DNA of 64,000 nucleotides from Nitrospinaceae bacterium. GTDB taxonomy: Bacteria; Nitrospinota; Nitrospinia; Nitrospinales; Nitrospinaceae. Made by a program: the position numbers and the translations under genes. Below the pieces are notes generated by a model. That model saw nothing but the letters and a program-made list of their open reading frames with translations. It did no database searches and was not told where the DNA came from. The DNA lies in assembly GCA_965223665.1 (NCBI GenBank), contig OZ245011.1, positions 2,240,001 through 2,304,000 on the forward strand, in the 5' to 3' direction. This document shows positions 8,201-17,248 of the stretch, one piece after another. Positions within the stretch are counted from its first letter, which is position 1, and each line of letters begins with the position of its first letter.

Positions 8201-9788
8201 AAATTCGACTGGTTTGCTATTTGATACCCTTGGGCAATACGATCGGGCCATTGAATACTACGAGAAAGCGCTTGCCAGTAATCTCAAAACCCTTGGCGAG
8301 AAGCCCCCCAGGGTAGCCTGCATTTGGAATAACCTGGGATTGGCTTTCCGAGACAAGGGTGAATACGACCGAGCCATTGAATACTACGAGAAAGCGCTTG
8401 CCAGTAATCTCAAAACCCTTGGCGAGAAGTCCGCCCAGGTAGCCTACAATTGGAACAACCTCGGAATAGTTTGGGCTGACAAAGGCGATTACGACCGCGC
8501 CATTGAATACTACGAGAAAGCGCTGGGCAATTTTCTCAACACCTTTGGCAAAGAGCACCCTGATGTCGCCCGCTGTTGGAATAACCTGGGATTTGCTTTC
8601 CGAGACAAGGGTGAGTACGACCGCGCCATTGAATACTACGAGAAAGCGCTACACAATGCTGTCAATACATTTAGCGAAGACCATCCTCTTGTCGCCACCT
8701 GTTGGAGCAATCTGGGGGCGACTTGGAATGTTAAGGGTGATCACGACCAGGCCATTGAATACCACGAGAAAGCGCTTGCCAGTGATCTCAAAACCTTTGG
8801 CGAAGACCATCCTAATGTCGCCCGCTGTTGGATCAACCTGGGATTGGTTTTCAAAGACAAGGGTGAGTACGACCGGGCCATTGAATATTACGAGAAAGCG
8901 CTACACAATGCTGTCAATACATTTGGTGAAGACAATCCTCTTGTAGCCACCTGTTGGATCAACCTGGGAGGGGCCTGGAATGCCAAGGGTGATCACGACA
9001 AGGCCATTGAATACTTTGAGAAAGCGCTTCACAGTAATTTGGAAACTTTTGGCGAAGAGCACCCTAATGTCGCCGGCTGTTGGATCAACCTGGGGGCGGT
9101 TTGGAATGATGTCAAGAGTGATCACGACCAGGCCATTGAATACTTTGAGAAAGCGCTGTGCAGTTTTCTCAACACCTTTGGCGAAGAGCACCCTGATGTG
9201 GCCCTCATTTGGATGAACCTCGGAATAGCTTGGGCTGACAAAGGCGATTACGACCGGGCCATTGAATACCACGAGAAAGCGCTTCACAGTAATTTGGAAA
9301 CTCTTGGCGAAAAGCACCCTGATGTGGCCACCTGTTGGACCAACCTGGGAGGGGCCTGGAATGCCAAGGGTGATCACGACCAGGCCATTGAATACTTTGA
9401 GAAAGCGCTTCACAGTAATTTGGAAACTCTTGGCGAAGAGCACCCGGGTTTGGCCCGCATTTGGAATAACCTGGGAGGGGCCTGGAATGCCAAGGGTGAT
9501 CACGACCAGGCCATTGAATACTTTGAGAAAGCGCTACACAATCGACTGGAAACCTTTGGCGAAGATCACCCTGATTTAGCCAGCATTTGGAACAACTTGG
9601 GAATGGCTTGGGCTGACAAAGGGGATTACGACCGGGCCATTGAATATTACGAGAAAACCCTGCTTATTGGTCTAAACACCTTGGGAAAAGATCATCCAAT
9701 GGTGAAATTGGCATTAAAGAATATTGAGGTTATTCATTTAAAAATGAACCCACTCAAATGGTTTTGGAAAAAACTTTGGCCATTTTAA
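7602..9788 (+). CDS. GDKxx-pentapeptide / coiled-coil / 42-aa TPR array protein, paralog 1 (about 12 repeats)
   Basis: ATG 7602 aligns with paralog start MAEP; repeats AxxWxNLGxxWxxKGxYDxAIEYYEKALxxxLxTFGExHPxV. Confidence 0.9.
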   Translation: MAEPSSKNQDSKNTKTHDTVMGDKVVGDKVIGDKVGGDKFTGDKFVIGITLEEHHAYLQKREAQIRAELAEERGKDQDRIQELELELSAIEGKQANLEQSHKDYIEQLEATNTDLQKFKDQFSPEQMQQAEEALARGDLSEADQLFKELEENKERLILIEEQALVHYRRGKIAQDSVNYREALKQYERASQLAPENGTYLNSTGLLFDTLGQYDRAIEYYEKALASNLKTLGEKPPRVACIWNNLGLAFRDKGEYDRAIEYYEKALASNLKTLGEKSAQVAYNWNNLGIVWADKGDYDRAIEYYEKALGNFLNTFGKEHPDVARCWNNLGFAFRDKGEYDRAIEYYEKALHNAVNTFSEDHPLVATCWSNLGATWNVKGDHDQAIEYHEKALASDLKTFGEDHPNVARCWINLGLVFKDKGEYDRAIEYYEKALHNAVNTFGEDNPLVATCWINLGGAWNAKGDHDKAIEYFEKALHSNLETFGEEHPNVAGCWINLGAVWNDVKSDHDQAIEYFEKALCSFLNTFGEEHPDVALIWMNLGIAWADKGDYDRAIEYHEKALHSNLETLGEKHPDVATCWTNLGGAWNAKGDHDQAIEYFEKALHSNLETLGEEHPGLARIWNNLGGAWNAKGDHDQAIEYFEKALHNRLETFGEDHPDLASIWNNLGMAWADKGDYDRAIEYYEKTLLIGLNTLGKDHPMVKLALKNIEVIHLKMNPLKWFWKKLWPF
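8190..9700 (+). repeat. Tandem ~126-bp coding repeats (42-aa TPR units)
   Basis: GCCATTGAATAC...GAGAAAGCGCT recurs every 126 nt (one unit 129 nt). Confidence 0.92.
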
Positions 9789-10016
9789 TAAGAAATTTCG
9801 ATACAAAAAAATATTTTGAAAAATAATTAGAATTTCATTAAAGCCATACCTTATAAACAACTTCAGCAGGAAAAAAATGACTGGCGTAACTAATTGGCTA
9901 CACTCCAGCTAATTTTCTCACCTCTCTTATTTAACTTTTGTTGGTTCTGCCAAACCTCTAATTATCTCTCCCTTTTTCAAATTCAATTTTTGTTCTGGGA
10001 AACAGCGAATATTTGA

Positions 10017-10121
10017 TTACTTCCTATCCAATTTGTTTTCTATCCGGTCGAGTTGTTTCCCAAATCGTTCATGGGATTCATCGTTGGATTTGCGGAATTC
10101 CTCAAAGACATCTTTTTCCAA
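10017..10121 (-). pseudogene. 3' remnant of a homolog of the prophage terminal gene at 12063-12302
   Basis: Translates LEKDVFEEFRKSNDESHERFGKQLDRIENKLDRK*, against LEKDVFEEFRKSNDESHERFGKQLDRIEGKLDGR* in the intact gene; 5' half absent. Confidence 0.9.
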
Positions 10122-10147
10122 TCTCTCCTTTCTTCATTGCTCCAATG

Positions 10148-10880
10148 AACCTACCCCCTTCCCTTTTTCCACTCCCGGCTTGGGCTTGCATCCGAAAACC
10201 GAAAGGAGTAGGATTTGGATTAATTTCCTTTCTATATTATATGGGCTTAAAAATCTGTTTATTCTCATTGGAAAATTATATGGCTGAACCTAACTCTAAA
10301 GATCAAAAATCTAAAAAAGCCAATCCCAAAACAGAAGACACCGTCATCGGCGATAATGTGGTGGGCGACAAAATATTAGGCGATAAGATTGGAGGCGACA
10401 AGTTTACGGGTGACAAATTTGTCATTGGTATCACCCTGGAAGAACACCATGCGTTTTTGCAAAAACGGGAAGCGGAGATCCGCGCCGAGTTGGCTGAAGA
10501 GCGTGGGAAAGATCAAGATCGGATTCAGGAATTGGAACTGGAATTAAGTGCCATTGAAGGCAAACAGGCCAACCTGGAACAATCTTATAAAGATCACATT
10601 GAACAGCTGCAAGCCACCAATACGGATTTACAGAAGTTCAAAGATCAGTTTTCTCCCGAACAAATGCAACAAGCTGAGGAAGCTTTAGCTAGGGGTGATT
10701 TATCTGAGGCCGATCAGTTATTTAAAGAACTGGAAGAAAATAAAGAGCGCTTGTCTTTAATCGAAGAACAAGCTTTGGTTCATTATAGGAGAGGAAAAAT
10801 TGCCGAGGAAGCCGCGGACTATCGTGAGGCCCTGAAGCAATTCGAACGGGCGGCGCAACTGGCACCGGAGAATGGAATTT
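10148..10880 (+). repeat. Copy 2 of diverged direct duplication
   Basis: Aligns with 7471-8200. Confidence 0.9.
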
Positions 10881-12046
10881 ATTTATCGGATACCGGCGTT
10901 CTTTATTTAACCCTTGGTCAATACAACCAGGCCATTAAATTCCATGAGAAAGCGCTCAAGAGCGATTTGAAAACCTTTGGAGAAGATCATCCTAGTGTAG
11001 CTTATGATTGGAACAACCTGGGTGCGACCTGGGTTAAAAAAGGAGATTACGACCGGGCCATTGAATACTACGAGAAAGCACTTGCCAGTATTCTGAAATC
11101 CTTGAGTGAAGACCACCCTAACGTCGCCGCATGTTGGAACAACCTGGGATTGATTTGGGCTGGCAAAGAAGATTACGACCAGGCTATTAAATACTACGAG
11201 AAAGCGCTCTCCAGTACTCTAAAATCCTTGGGTGAAGAACACCCTAAAGTCGCCACAGTATGGAGCAACCTGGGATTGGTTTGGGCTGGCAAAGGAGATT
11301 ACGACCGGGCCATTGAATACTACGAGAAAGCGCTTCACAGTGATCTCAACACCTTTGGCGAGGATCATCCCAGTGTCGCTACAAGGTGGAACAACCTAGG
11401 AGGGGCTTGGGGAAACAAAGAAGATTACGACCGGGCCATTGAATACTACGAGAAAGCGCTTCACAGTGATCTCAACAACTTTGGTGAAGAACACCCTACA
11501 GTCGCCACAGTTTGGAGGAACCTGGGAGGGGCTTGGGAAAACAAAGAAGTTTACGACCGGGCCATTGAATACTACGAGAAAGCCCTTCACAGTGATCTCA
11601 ACACCTTTGGCGAGGATCACGACAGAGTTGCCGAAATTTGGAGCAACCTGGGAGGGGCTTGGGATAAAAAGGGAGATTACGACCAGGCCATTGAATACTA
11701 CGAGAAAGCACTTGCCAGTATTCTGAAATCCTTGAGTGAAGACCACCCTAAAGTCGCCGCATGTTGGAGCAACCTGGGAGTGGCTTGGGCTGGAAAAGGA
11801 GATTACGACCGGGCCATTGAATACTACGAGAAAGCGCTTCACAGTGATCTCAACACCTTTGGCGAGGATCACCCCAGTGTCGCCACAAATTGGACCAAGC
11901 TTGGAGTGGCTTGGGCTAAAAAAGGAGATTACGACCAAGCCCATAATCACATCGCGAAAGCGTCGATGATTTTTGAGAAGATTGGTTTAAATGAAATTGC
12001 AGTGATGGTACAAAGCGAATTCGATGCCATGAGGAAACAAAAGTAA
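10280..12046 (+). CDS. GDKxx-pentapeptide / coiled-coil / 42-aa TPR array protein, paralog 2 (about 9 repeats)
   Basis: ATG 10280 (MAEPNSK) aligns with paralog 1; the ORF-track extension to 10013 runs through non-coding and remnant DNA. Confidence 0.9.
   Translation: MAEPNSKDQKSKKANPKTEDTVIGDNVVGDKILGDKIGGDKFTGDKFVIGITLEEHHAFLQKREAEIRAELAEERGKDQDRIQELELELSAIEGKQANLEQSYKDHIEQLQATNTDLQKFKDQFSPEQMQQAEEALARGDLSEADQLFKELEENKERLSLIEEQALVHYRRGKIAEEAADYREALKQFERAAQLAPENGIYLSDTGVLYLTLGQYNQAIKFHEKALKSDLKTFGEDHPSVAYDWNNLGATWVKKGDYDRAIEYYEKALASILKSLSEDHPNVAACWNNLGLIWAGKEDYDQAIKYYEKALSSTLKSLGEEHPKVATVWSNLGLVWAGKGDYDRAIEYYEKALHSDLNTFGEDHPSVATRWNNLGGAWGNKEDYDRAIEYYEKALHSDLNNFGEEHPTVATVWRNLGGAWENKEVYDRAIEYYEKALHSDLNTFGEDHDRVAEIWSNLGGAWDKKGDYDQAIEYYEKALASILKSLSEDHPKVAACWSNLGVAWAGKGDYDRAIEYYEKALHSDLNTFGEDHPSVATNWTKLGVAWAKKGDYDQAHNHIAKASMIFEKIGLNEIAVMVQSEFDAMRKQK
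10873..11960 (+). repeat. Tandem 126-bp coding repeats (42-aa TPR units)
   Basis: GATTACGACCGGGCCATTGAATACTACGAGAAAGC recurs at 126-nt period. Confidence 0.92.
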
Positions 12047-12062
12047 ACCAAAATATATTCCT

Positions 12063-12302
12063 CTACCGCCCATCCAACTTTCCTTCAATTCGATCCAATT
12101 GTTTGCCAAATCTTTCATGGGATTCATCGTTGGATTTACGGAATTCTTCGAAGACATCTTTTTCCAGTTTTTCATTATCAAGTTTTTCAATCCGATCATG
12201 AGCCCGATCGATTCGATTATTGATCCGCTTCACCAACCAACCAATGGCGGCCACGATTCCACCCCCGATCCACATCCAAACGTCTTTATGATTTCCGTCC
12301 AT
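12063..12302 (-). CDS. Small single-TM + coiled-coil phage protein (holin/XhlA-like candidate)
   Basis: VWMWIGGGIVAAIGWLV TM then RIDRAHDRIEKL...LDRIEGKLD; last gene of late operon. Confidence 0.6.
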   Translation of the reverse strand: MDGNHKDVWMWIGGGIVAAIGWLVKRINNRIDRAHDRIEKLDNEKLEKDVFEEFRKSNDESHERFGKQLDRIEGKLDGR

Positions 12303-12348
12303 TGTTTTCCTTTAAAAATTAAAACCCCCAGGCGATCAATCACCCCGG

Positions 12349-12366
12349 CCCTCTTTAAAAAGAGGG
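12349..12366. terminator. Short hairpin after tailspike gene
   Basis: CCCTCTTT-AA-AAAGAGGG. Confidence 0.35.
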
Positions 12367-12372
12367 AGCTTA

Positions 12373-13731
12373 TCAAGGTGTGTGAACAATTTGATTTCCT
12401 GATTTCCAGTTCGCGGATCCATCCCATGTTTCCAACCGGCCGTCGCTGGTGTTGTAAATAGTTAATCCCCCAAATGGCGCTCCATTAGGCCAAAGAAAAT
12501 CCCGTTCCCCCGAAGTCCAACCTATAGGCTTAAACCAATGGCTGGTCCAAATCGACATATCATCGCAAAAGTAATCGTTTTTACTGGACTCCCAGGTGTA
12601 ACCATAAATTTCTGTTCCACGCCCATCGATCCAGGCGTTCCGCGTATTATCTTCATTGGGGCAAGCAAAAAACCGGTTTTGCTCATTACCGAATTGAGTA
12701 TTGACCGGCGGTGTACGCGTGATATAAATTCCGGTGGGCGTGGCTAAAGGAAAGGTACCAAACTGTATGTTGTCCGCAGTGCAATGAACAAAGGTGTTGG
12801 TGTCGCCGCCCTCGATATGATATGCCACGTTTTCGTGCTGAACCTGGCATTGAATGAACAGGTTACTGTTAACAATCGAAGCCCCACTGATTTTATCTGC
12901 CAGGTAAATCCCCCGGCGGCCGCGTCGAATAACAATATGTAAAAACGTATTCCAATAATGCTGTCCGTGATCTGATTGATTTATTCCATCCCATCCACCA
13001 AACATCACAATGCCATCACTGCAACGTTCCATTTTAATGTTGTGGTAAAACCCGTAAGAATACCGAGCGACCTGGGTTGGACTGTTGACATGGTCGGGAC
13101 AGATCGCCAAGCCAATCACGTGGTCGGTCGTGTTGGTGTTGGGAATCTCACCATTGATGGAAAACCCTCCAACTTCGGCATAAGCGAGTTCGCATCGGAC
13201 GGTAAACATTGCATTGGCGGTGTTACTTCTTACCGGAATTAAATGGGTGAGTCCTGGACCGGCTCCTAATAATTGAACCCGCGGCTCGGTGCTAGTAATC
13301 GTGTTTCTATAATCGGGAATATGGATCCCGTTTTCCAGCGTCTTCCCTTCCCAGATTTCGGTGGCCGTGGGAAGTCCAACGATTTTATATTTTCCGGGTG
13401 GCATGTAAACTTTACCGCCCTTGGGATCCGCCACGGCCGCGTCGATCGCCGCTTGAATGGCGCCACGGTCATCGGCGACACCATCCCCCACGGCGCCATA
13501 ATCCATCACATTGTAGATATGGGCAAACGGTGAGATCGCATTGATCCGGAGTTCATTGGTGAGAACCTCAATATTGATATTAGTTCCGGCCAATAACGAT
13601 TTAAGGTACATGATGAGGCCGGATTTATGCGAATACCAGCCATGACCGGTCCCCAGATTATCCAGGTCGTTAACCTCACCTCCACCCGGACCCGCCGCTA
13701 CGGATCCCCCATTTCCTACCCAATAAGTCAT
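12373..13731 (-). CDS. Tailspike / pectate-lyase-3-like beta-helix depolymerase
   Basis: YNVMDYGAVGDGVADDRGAIQAAIDAA...GGKVYMPPGKY entry motif of beta-helix proteins. Confidence 0.8.
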   Translation of the reverse strand: MTYWVGNGGSVAAGPGGGEVNDLDNLGTGHGWYSHKSGLIMYLKSLLAGTNINIEVLTNELRINAISPFAHIYNVMDYGAVGDGVADDRGAIQAAIDAAVADPKGGKVYMPPGKYKIVGLPTATEIWEGKTLENGIHIPDYRNTITSTEPRVQLLGAGPGLTHLIPVRSNTANAMFTVRCELAYAEVGGFSINGEIPNTNTTDHVIGLAICPDHVNSPTQVARYSYGFYHNIKMERCSDGIVMFGGWDGINQSDHGQHYWNTFLHIVIRRGRRGIYLADKISGASIVNSNLFIQCQVQHENVAYHIEGGDTNTFVHCTADNIQFGTFPLATPTGIYITRTPPVNTQFGNEQNRFFACPNEDNTRNAWIDGRGTEIYGYTWESSKNDYFCDDMSIWTSHWFKPIGWTSGERDFLWPNGAPFGGLTIYNTSDGRLETWDGSANWKSGNQIVHTP

Positions 13732-14040
13732 TTATCGCTCGATGATTTGAAAATAAATTGTACGTTCTGCTTTTTGGCCGTTATCTGTAACAATTTGACA
13801 GGTCAATCCGTGTGTATTATTTAACGTTCCGTCTTTTACGCGAACGGTAACAATTCCATTCGCCTGAGACTCTTGAACTTTGGTGATCCCGCCGGCCTCT
13901 GGTGTAAGCGTAAAATCAAGAATCGATTCCTCTTCCTCCAACCAATCATTCCAATCGATGCTGTAATCCAATTCTTCATCTTTATCTTTAAAAATGGTCG
14001 GGCCGCGGGTTTTATCTTCAAAAAAACTTGTTGTGCTCAT
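13732..14040 (-). CDS. Phage fibre/tail adaptor-like protein
   Basis: KDKDEELDYSIDWNDWL...TCQIVTDNGQKAERTI motif typical of small phage adaptor proteins. Confidence 0.6.
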   Translation of the reverse strand: MSTTSFFEDKTRGPTIFKDKDEELDYSIDWNDWLEEEESILDFTLTPEAGGITKVQESQANGIVTVRVKDGTLNNTHGLTCQIVTDNGQKAERTIYFQIIER

Positions 14041-16460
14041 TGATTCACCTCAACTTTATAAACACGATTTTCATATGGGATCGTATATTTCCGGATCTCT
14101 TCAGGGACCGCATAAGTGCGAAGTGGATCCACATCCAAAATCCAAACCAATAGAGTATTTGGATCTATACCCAAGGCACTAGCAGCTGCAGCCGACGGAG
14201 TTAAAGTGATCGGCCCTAAAAAATAATTCGGATCCAAACTTGTGACGCGAGTTCCGGCCGCTACGGGTTGAATAAAAATTCCGCCGGAAAATACTGAGGG
14301 ATCCACAACCAGTGATTTAGAAACGGCCGGTCCCGGTGAGAGGGTGATCCCTCCTAACTCAATAACAGGATCTTGGCCGATGCTTATAACGTTGGCTGGA
14401 TTGGGTGAAACCGTCAGACCGCCCAGAATTAGATTTCCATCCAAAGCATTGACGATGGCGGCCGCGGATCCCGGATTGAGTACTAATCCCCCTAACACCG
14501 TTCCAGGATCCACGGCCAAGGCTCGCAGCCCGGAAACATTACCACTAATTGTGATACTACCCAAAATAACCACCGCTTCGGTGGCGAATACTTTTGCGAT
14601 CGCAGGATTGGGTGAAATACGAATACTTGTATCCACATTGGGATCGATTACCAAGGCCCGGGAAGCTGCAGTGGTTGAAATGATGGTGATCCCACCCAGC
14701 ACCACACCCGGATCTAAACCCAAAGCCACGGCCGCCGCGGTTCCACCGGTTAAAGTAATTCCGCCTGACTCCACTGTGGGGTTCAGTGCGGCAGCAATAA
14801 CCGACGCGATCGATGGGTTGACCAGGATTCCACCCAGCACTACACCCGGATCCACGCCCTCAGTGCTGACAGCTGCTATTTCACCACTTATTGTGATTCC
14901 ACCTAAAATACTATTCGGATCTAAACCGAGTGCGCGGGCTGCGGCCGGATCCGGATTTAAAACTAAACTTGTGTCCACATTGGGATCGATGACTAATGCC
15001 CGGGCCGCTGCAGTTCCGCCGTTTAAAGTAATCCCACCTAACTGAACTGTGGGATTTAATGCGGTGGCGATGGCGGACGTGATCGACGGGTTGACCAGGA
15101 TTTCCCCAATCACCACTTGCGGATCCACACCCAACGCCTTGGCAGCTGCTATTTCTCCACTAATTGTGATTCCGCCTAAAATAATATTCGGATCAAAACT
15201 GAGTGTGCGGGCTGCGGCTAAGGTGGGCGTTAAGGTAATCCCTCCTAACTGGACTGAGGGATCCATCACTAAGGACCGAGCGGAGGCCGTGTTAGGAATA
15301 ATGGTGATTCCACTCAACACAGTGTTGGGATCCACCACAGCGGCTTTGGCCGATGCCGGTCCGGGTGTGACCGTGACACCGCTGGAAGGCTCCACCACCA
15401 AATAGGCGACCATGTTTTCGATTCTAAGATCCGCCGGACCCACAACTTTTCCACCCATTTGGAAAAACTGGGAAAGTGTCGGCACCACGTTGGCCGCTTC
15501 AGAAACTTTCATCAAAATGGTATTGGTGGCGTTGACGGTGACCACATCTTCCGTGAGCGTGTCCACATTGTTTCCGTAGATTATCGAATAAGTTGTGGAT
15601 CCACCGGTTCCTGCAGAAAAATCACCAATGATTTTACAACCCAGAACGTTGGTTCCACTTGCGTTGGAATCGCCACTCGGTCCTGACCGGGTACCACTAT
15701 TGGTGATCATTTCACCGGATCTCGGATCGCCTGTGTATTCTCCACGGTTACCGGCGCCAGTGGTGAATGGCGCCTGGGAAACTTTGCCCCAATCGCCCAC
15801 GTCAAAGGCGTCGCCCTGATCCTGGGTGCCACCATCGGTTTTTTGGTACATCAAGACATCAACGTCCCCCGCCGGTCCGTCGGTGATGTCTGTGGCATCG
15901 CTGTACCACAACCATTTTGAAAACCTTTGTGTTTTACCACCTCCAGAGGTTTTGAGTTCCAAATAATCGACGGTATTATTTCCGGTTTTGAAATCACAGG
16001 CTACGACGTTTGACACCTCGGTGCCATCGACTTCCATTTTAAAGGCGCCGCTGTTGGCATTTTGGAAGTAAATTTTTAATCGGTGTTTTTGCCCCAACGT
16101 GAACGGGTTGGTGATGGTATCTTTAACCGCTGCTTTAGAATCGATGACCTGGACATCACCGGTGGACTGAATGACACGCAATTCTAAAATTAAATTTCCG
16201 CCGGTATCAATGATATTGATGATATCGGAATCGCCAGTGTGGCCGGTATTGACCCGGGTGTAATAACCAATCACCACATGATTGTCCCCCGCCTTGGCGA
16301 CGGCATCAAAAATCAAAAACCGGGCACGGTCCCCTTGTTCACACACCAATTCGTAATCGCTGCCAATTAAAGAAACGACGGGTGTATTCGTGATCCCGTT
16401 GGTGACATCGGTTAAGTCCTGCGTTAAGAAAGCAAAGATCTGATTTAGGGTGAAAGCCAT
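14037..16460 (-). CDS. Phage fibre-like protein: N-terminal beta-sandwich domain plus ~28-aa GGITL..DP repeats
   Basis: About 15 repeats of GGITxxxxxAAAxALxxDPxVxL in C-terminal half; position among tail accessory genes. Confidence 0.7.
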   Translation of the reverse strand: MAFTLNQIFAFLTQDLTDVTNGITNTPVVSLIGSDYELVCEQGDRARFLIFDAVAKAGDNHVVIGYYTRVNTGHTGDSDIINIIDTGGNLILELRVIQSTGDVQVIDSKAAVKDTITNPFTLGQKHRLKIYFQNANSGAFKMEVDGTEVSNVVACDFKTGNNTVDYLELKTSGGGKTQRFSKWLWYSDATDITDGPAGDVDVLMYQKTDGGTQDQGDAFDVGDWGKVSQAPFTTGAGNRGEYTGDPRSGEMITNSGTRSGPSGDSNASGTNVLGCKIIGDFSAGTGGSTTYSIIYGNNVDTLTEDVVTVNATNTILMKVSEAANVVPTLSQFFQMGGKVVGPADLRIENMVAYLVVEPSSGVTVTPGPASAKAAVVDPNTVLSGITIIPNTASARSLVMDPSVQLGGITLTPTLAAARTLSFDPNIILGGITISGEIAAAKALGVDPQVVIGEILVNPSITSAIATALNPTVQLGGITLNGGTAAARALVIDPNVDTSLVLNPDPAAARALGLDPNSILGGITISGEIAAVSTEGVDPGVVLGGILVNPSIASVIAAALNPTVESGGITLTGGTAAAVALGLDPGVVLGGITIISTTAASRALVIDPNVDTSIRISPNPAIAKVFATEAVVILGSITISGNVSGLRALAVDPGTVLGGLVLNPGSAAAIVNALDGNLILGGLTVSPNPANVISIGQDPVIELGGITLSPGPAVSKSLVVDPSVFSGGIFIQPVAAGTRVTSLDPNYFLGPITLTPSAAAASALGIDPNTLLVWILDVDPLRTYAVPEEIRKYTIPYENRVYKVEVNQ

Positions 16461-16774
16461 TAGTCTTTTATGGGGTTGATGTCAATATCGAAATCATTTC
16501 TTTCGGTGTTCCAGGTCACGGTGACGGTATCGGAGCGGAAAACTATTTTGTCCCCCTCGTAAAACTCTTTTAGCTTTTTAGGATCCGAAGTTTTTCGCGG
16601 GTCTCCCTCTTTGATTTGGCTAATGTCTATTTTGTAATCGATGATAGCCTGCAACCCGATTTGTAATGCCGCGGCCTTTTCGGCGTTGTTTCTTCCGGGC
16701 AATAGGGAATAGTCGATGGACTGGCCATCGACCATAATTCCTTCTTTAGTTCTTTCAATCTTGCGGACTGGCAT
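16460..16774 (-). CDS. Hypothetical phage protein
   Basis: ORF tightly packed in late operon. Confidence 0.65.
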   Translation of the reverse strand: MPVRKIERTKEGIMVDGQSIDYSLLPGRNNAEKAAALQIGLQAIIDYKIDISQIKEGDPRKTSDPKKLKEFYEGDKIVFRSDTVTVTWNTERNDFDIDINPIKD

Positions 16775-16780
16775 TTAGAA

Positions 16781-17236
16781 CTACTCGGTTAACCGTAGTT
16801 CACAATCCTGCAGAGTGAGTGGTTGCCCATCACTGACAATACGGTTTGAGCCAAGATCAAACCAGGCCAGGATTTCCCGGTTTGCCACCGTCACATTATC
16901 GTCTGTCAAAACTGCATAACGAGCACCATTCCCACTTGCAGGTAAATTTCCCCCGGAAGCCGTCCACACTAAATCCTTAATTTGTATTGATGACAAATCA
17001 CCTGTGTCATCTTCATTGATGACATCAAAATCAGTGGCGTTTTTAGCTAATTGAATTCCACCCGAAAGATAACCGTTACCTGCGGGAATTTCTCCCAGGT
17101 CACTCAGGACGTTAGAATCCGGACCTGGCGCCACCGAATCATCTACTAAAGCCATGTAATAATTTGCCGGGGCGGCCACCCCGCGAAATTTCTCCTCTAA
17201 CATTTTGAATTTTCCTCGATTGGTTACTCCACCCAT
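16781..17236 (-). CDS. Conserved phage virion/fibre-base protein
   Basis: EIPAGNGYLSGG, DLVWTASGG, ARYAVL pattern of small structural proteins preceding fibre genes; AGGAGG RBS. Confidence 0.65.
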   Translation of the reverse strand: MGGVTNRGKFKMLEEKFRGVAAPANYYMALVDDSVAPGPDSNVLSDLGEIPAGNGYLSGGIQLAKNATDFDVINEDDTGDLSSIQIKDLVWTASGGNLPASGNGARYAVLTDDNVTVANREILAWFDLGSNRIVSDGQPLTLQDCELRLTE

Positions 17237-17248
17237 AGTAATACCTCC

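Noticed and set aside
10013-10279. 89-aa N-terminal extension of TPR paralog 2 in ORF track
   Set aside because: Covers the antisense gene remnant and the duplicated upstream region; paralog alignment supports ATG 10280
8190-11960. CRISPR array or diversity-generating retroelement
   Set aside because: Repeats are in-frame 126-bp coding units without unique spacers; no cas or reverse transcriptase gene; variation is not adenine-specific
14344-15405. Plus-strand repeat-containing ORFs
   Set aside because: Antisense shadows of the repetitive fibre gene
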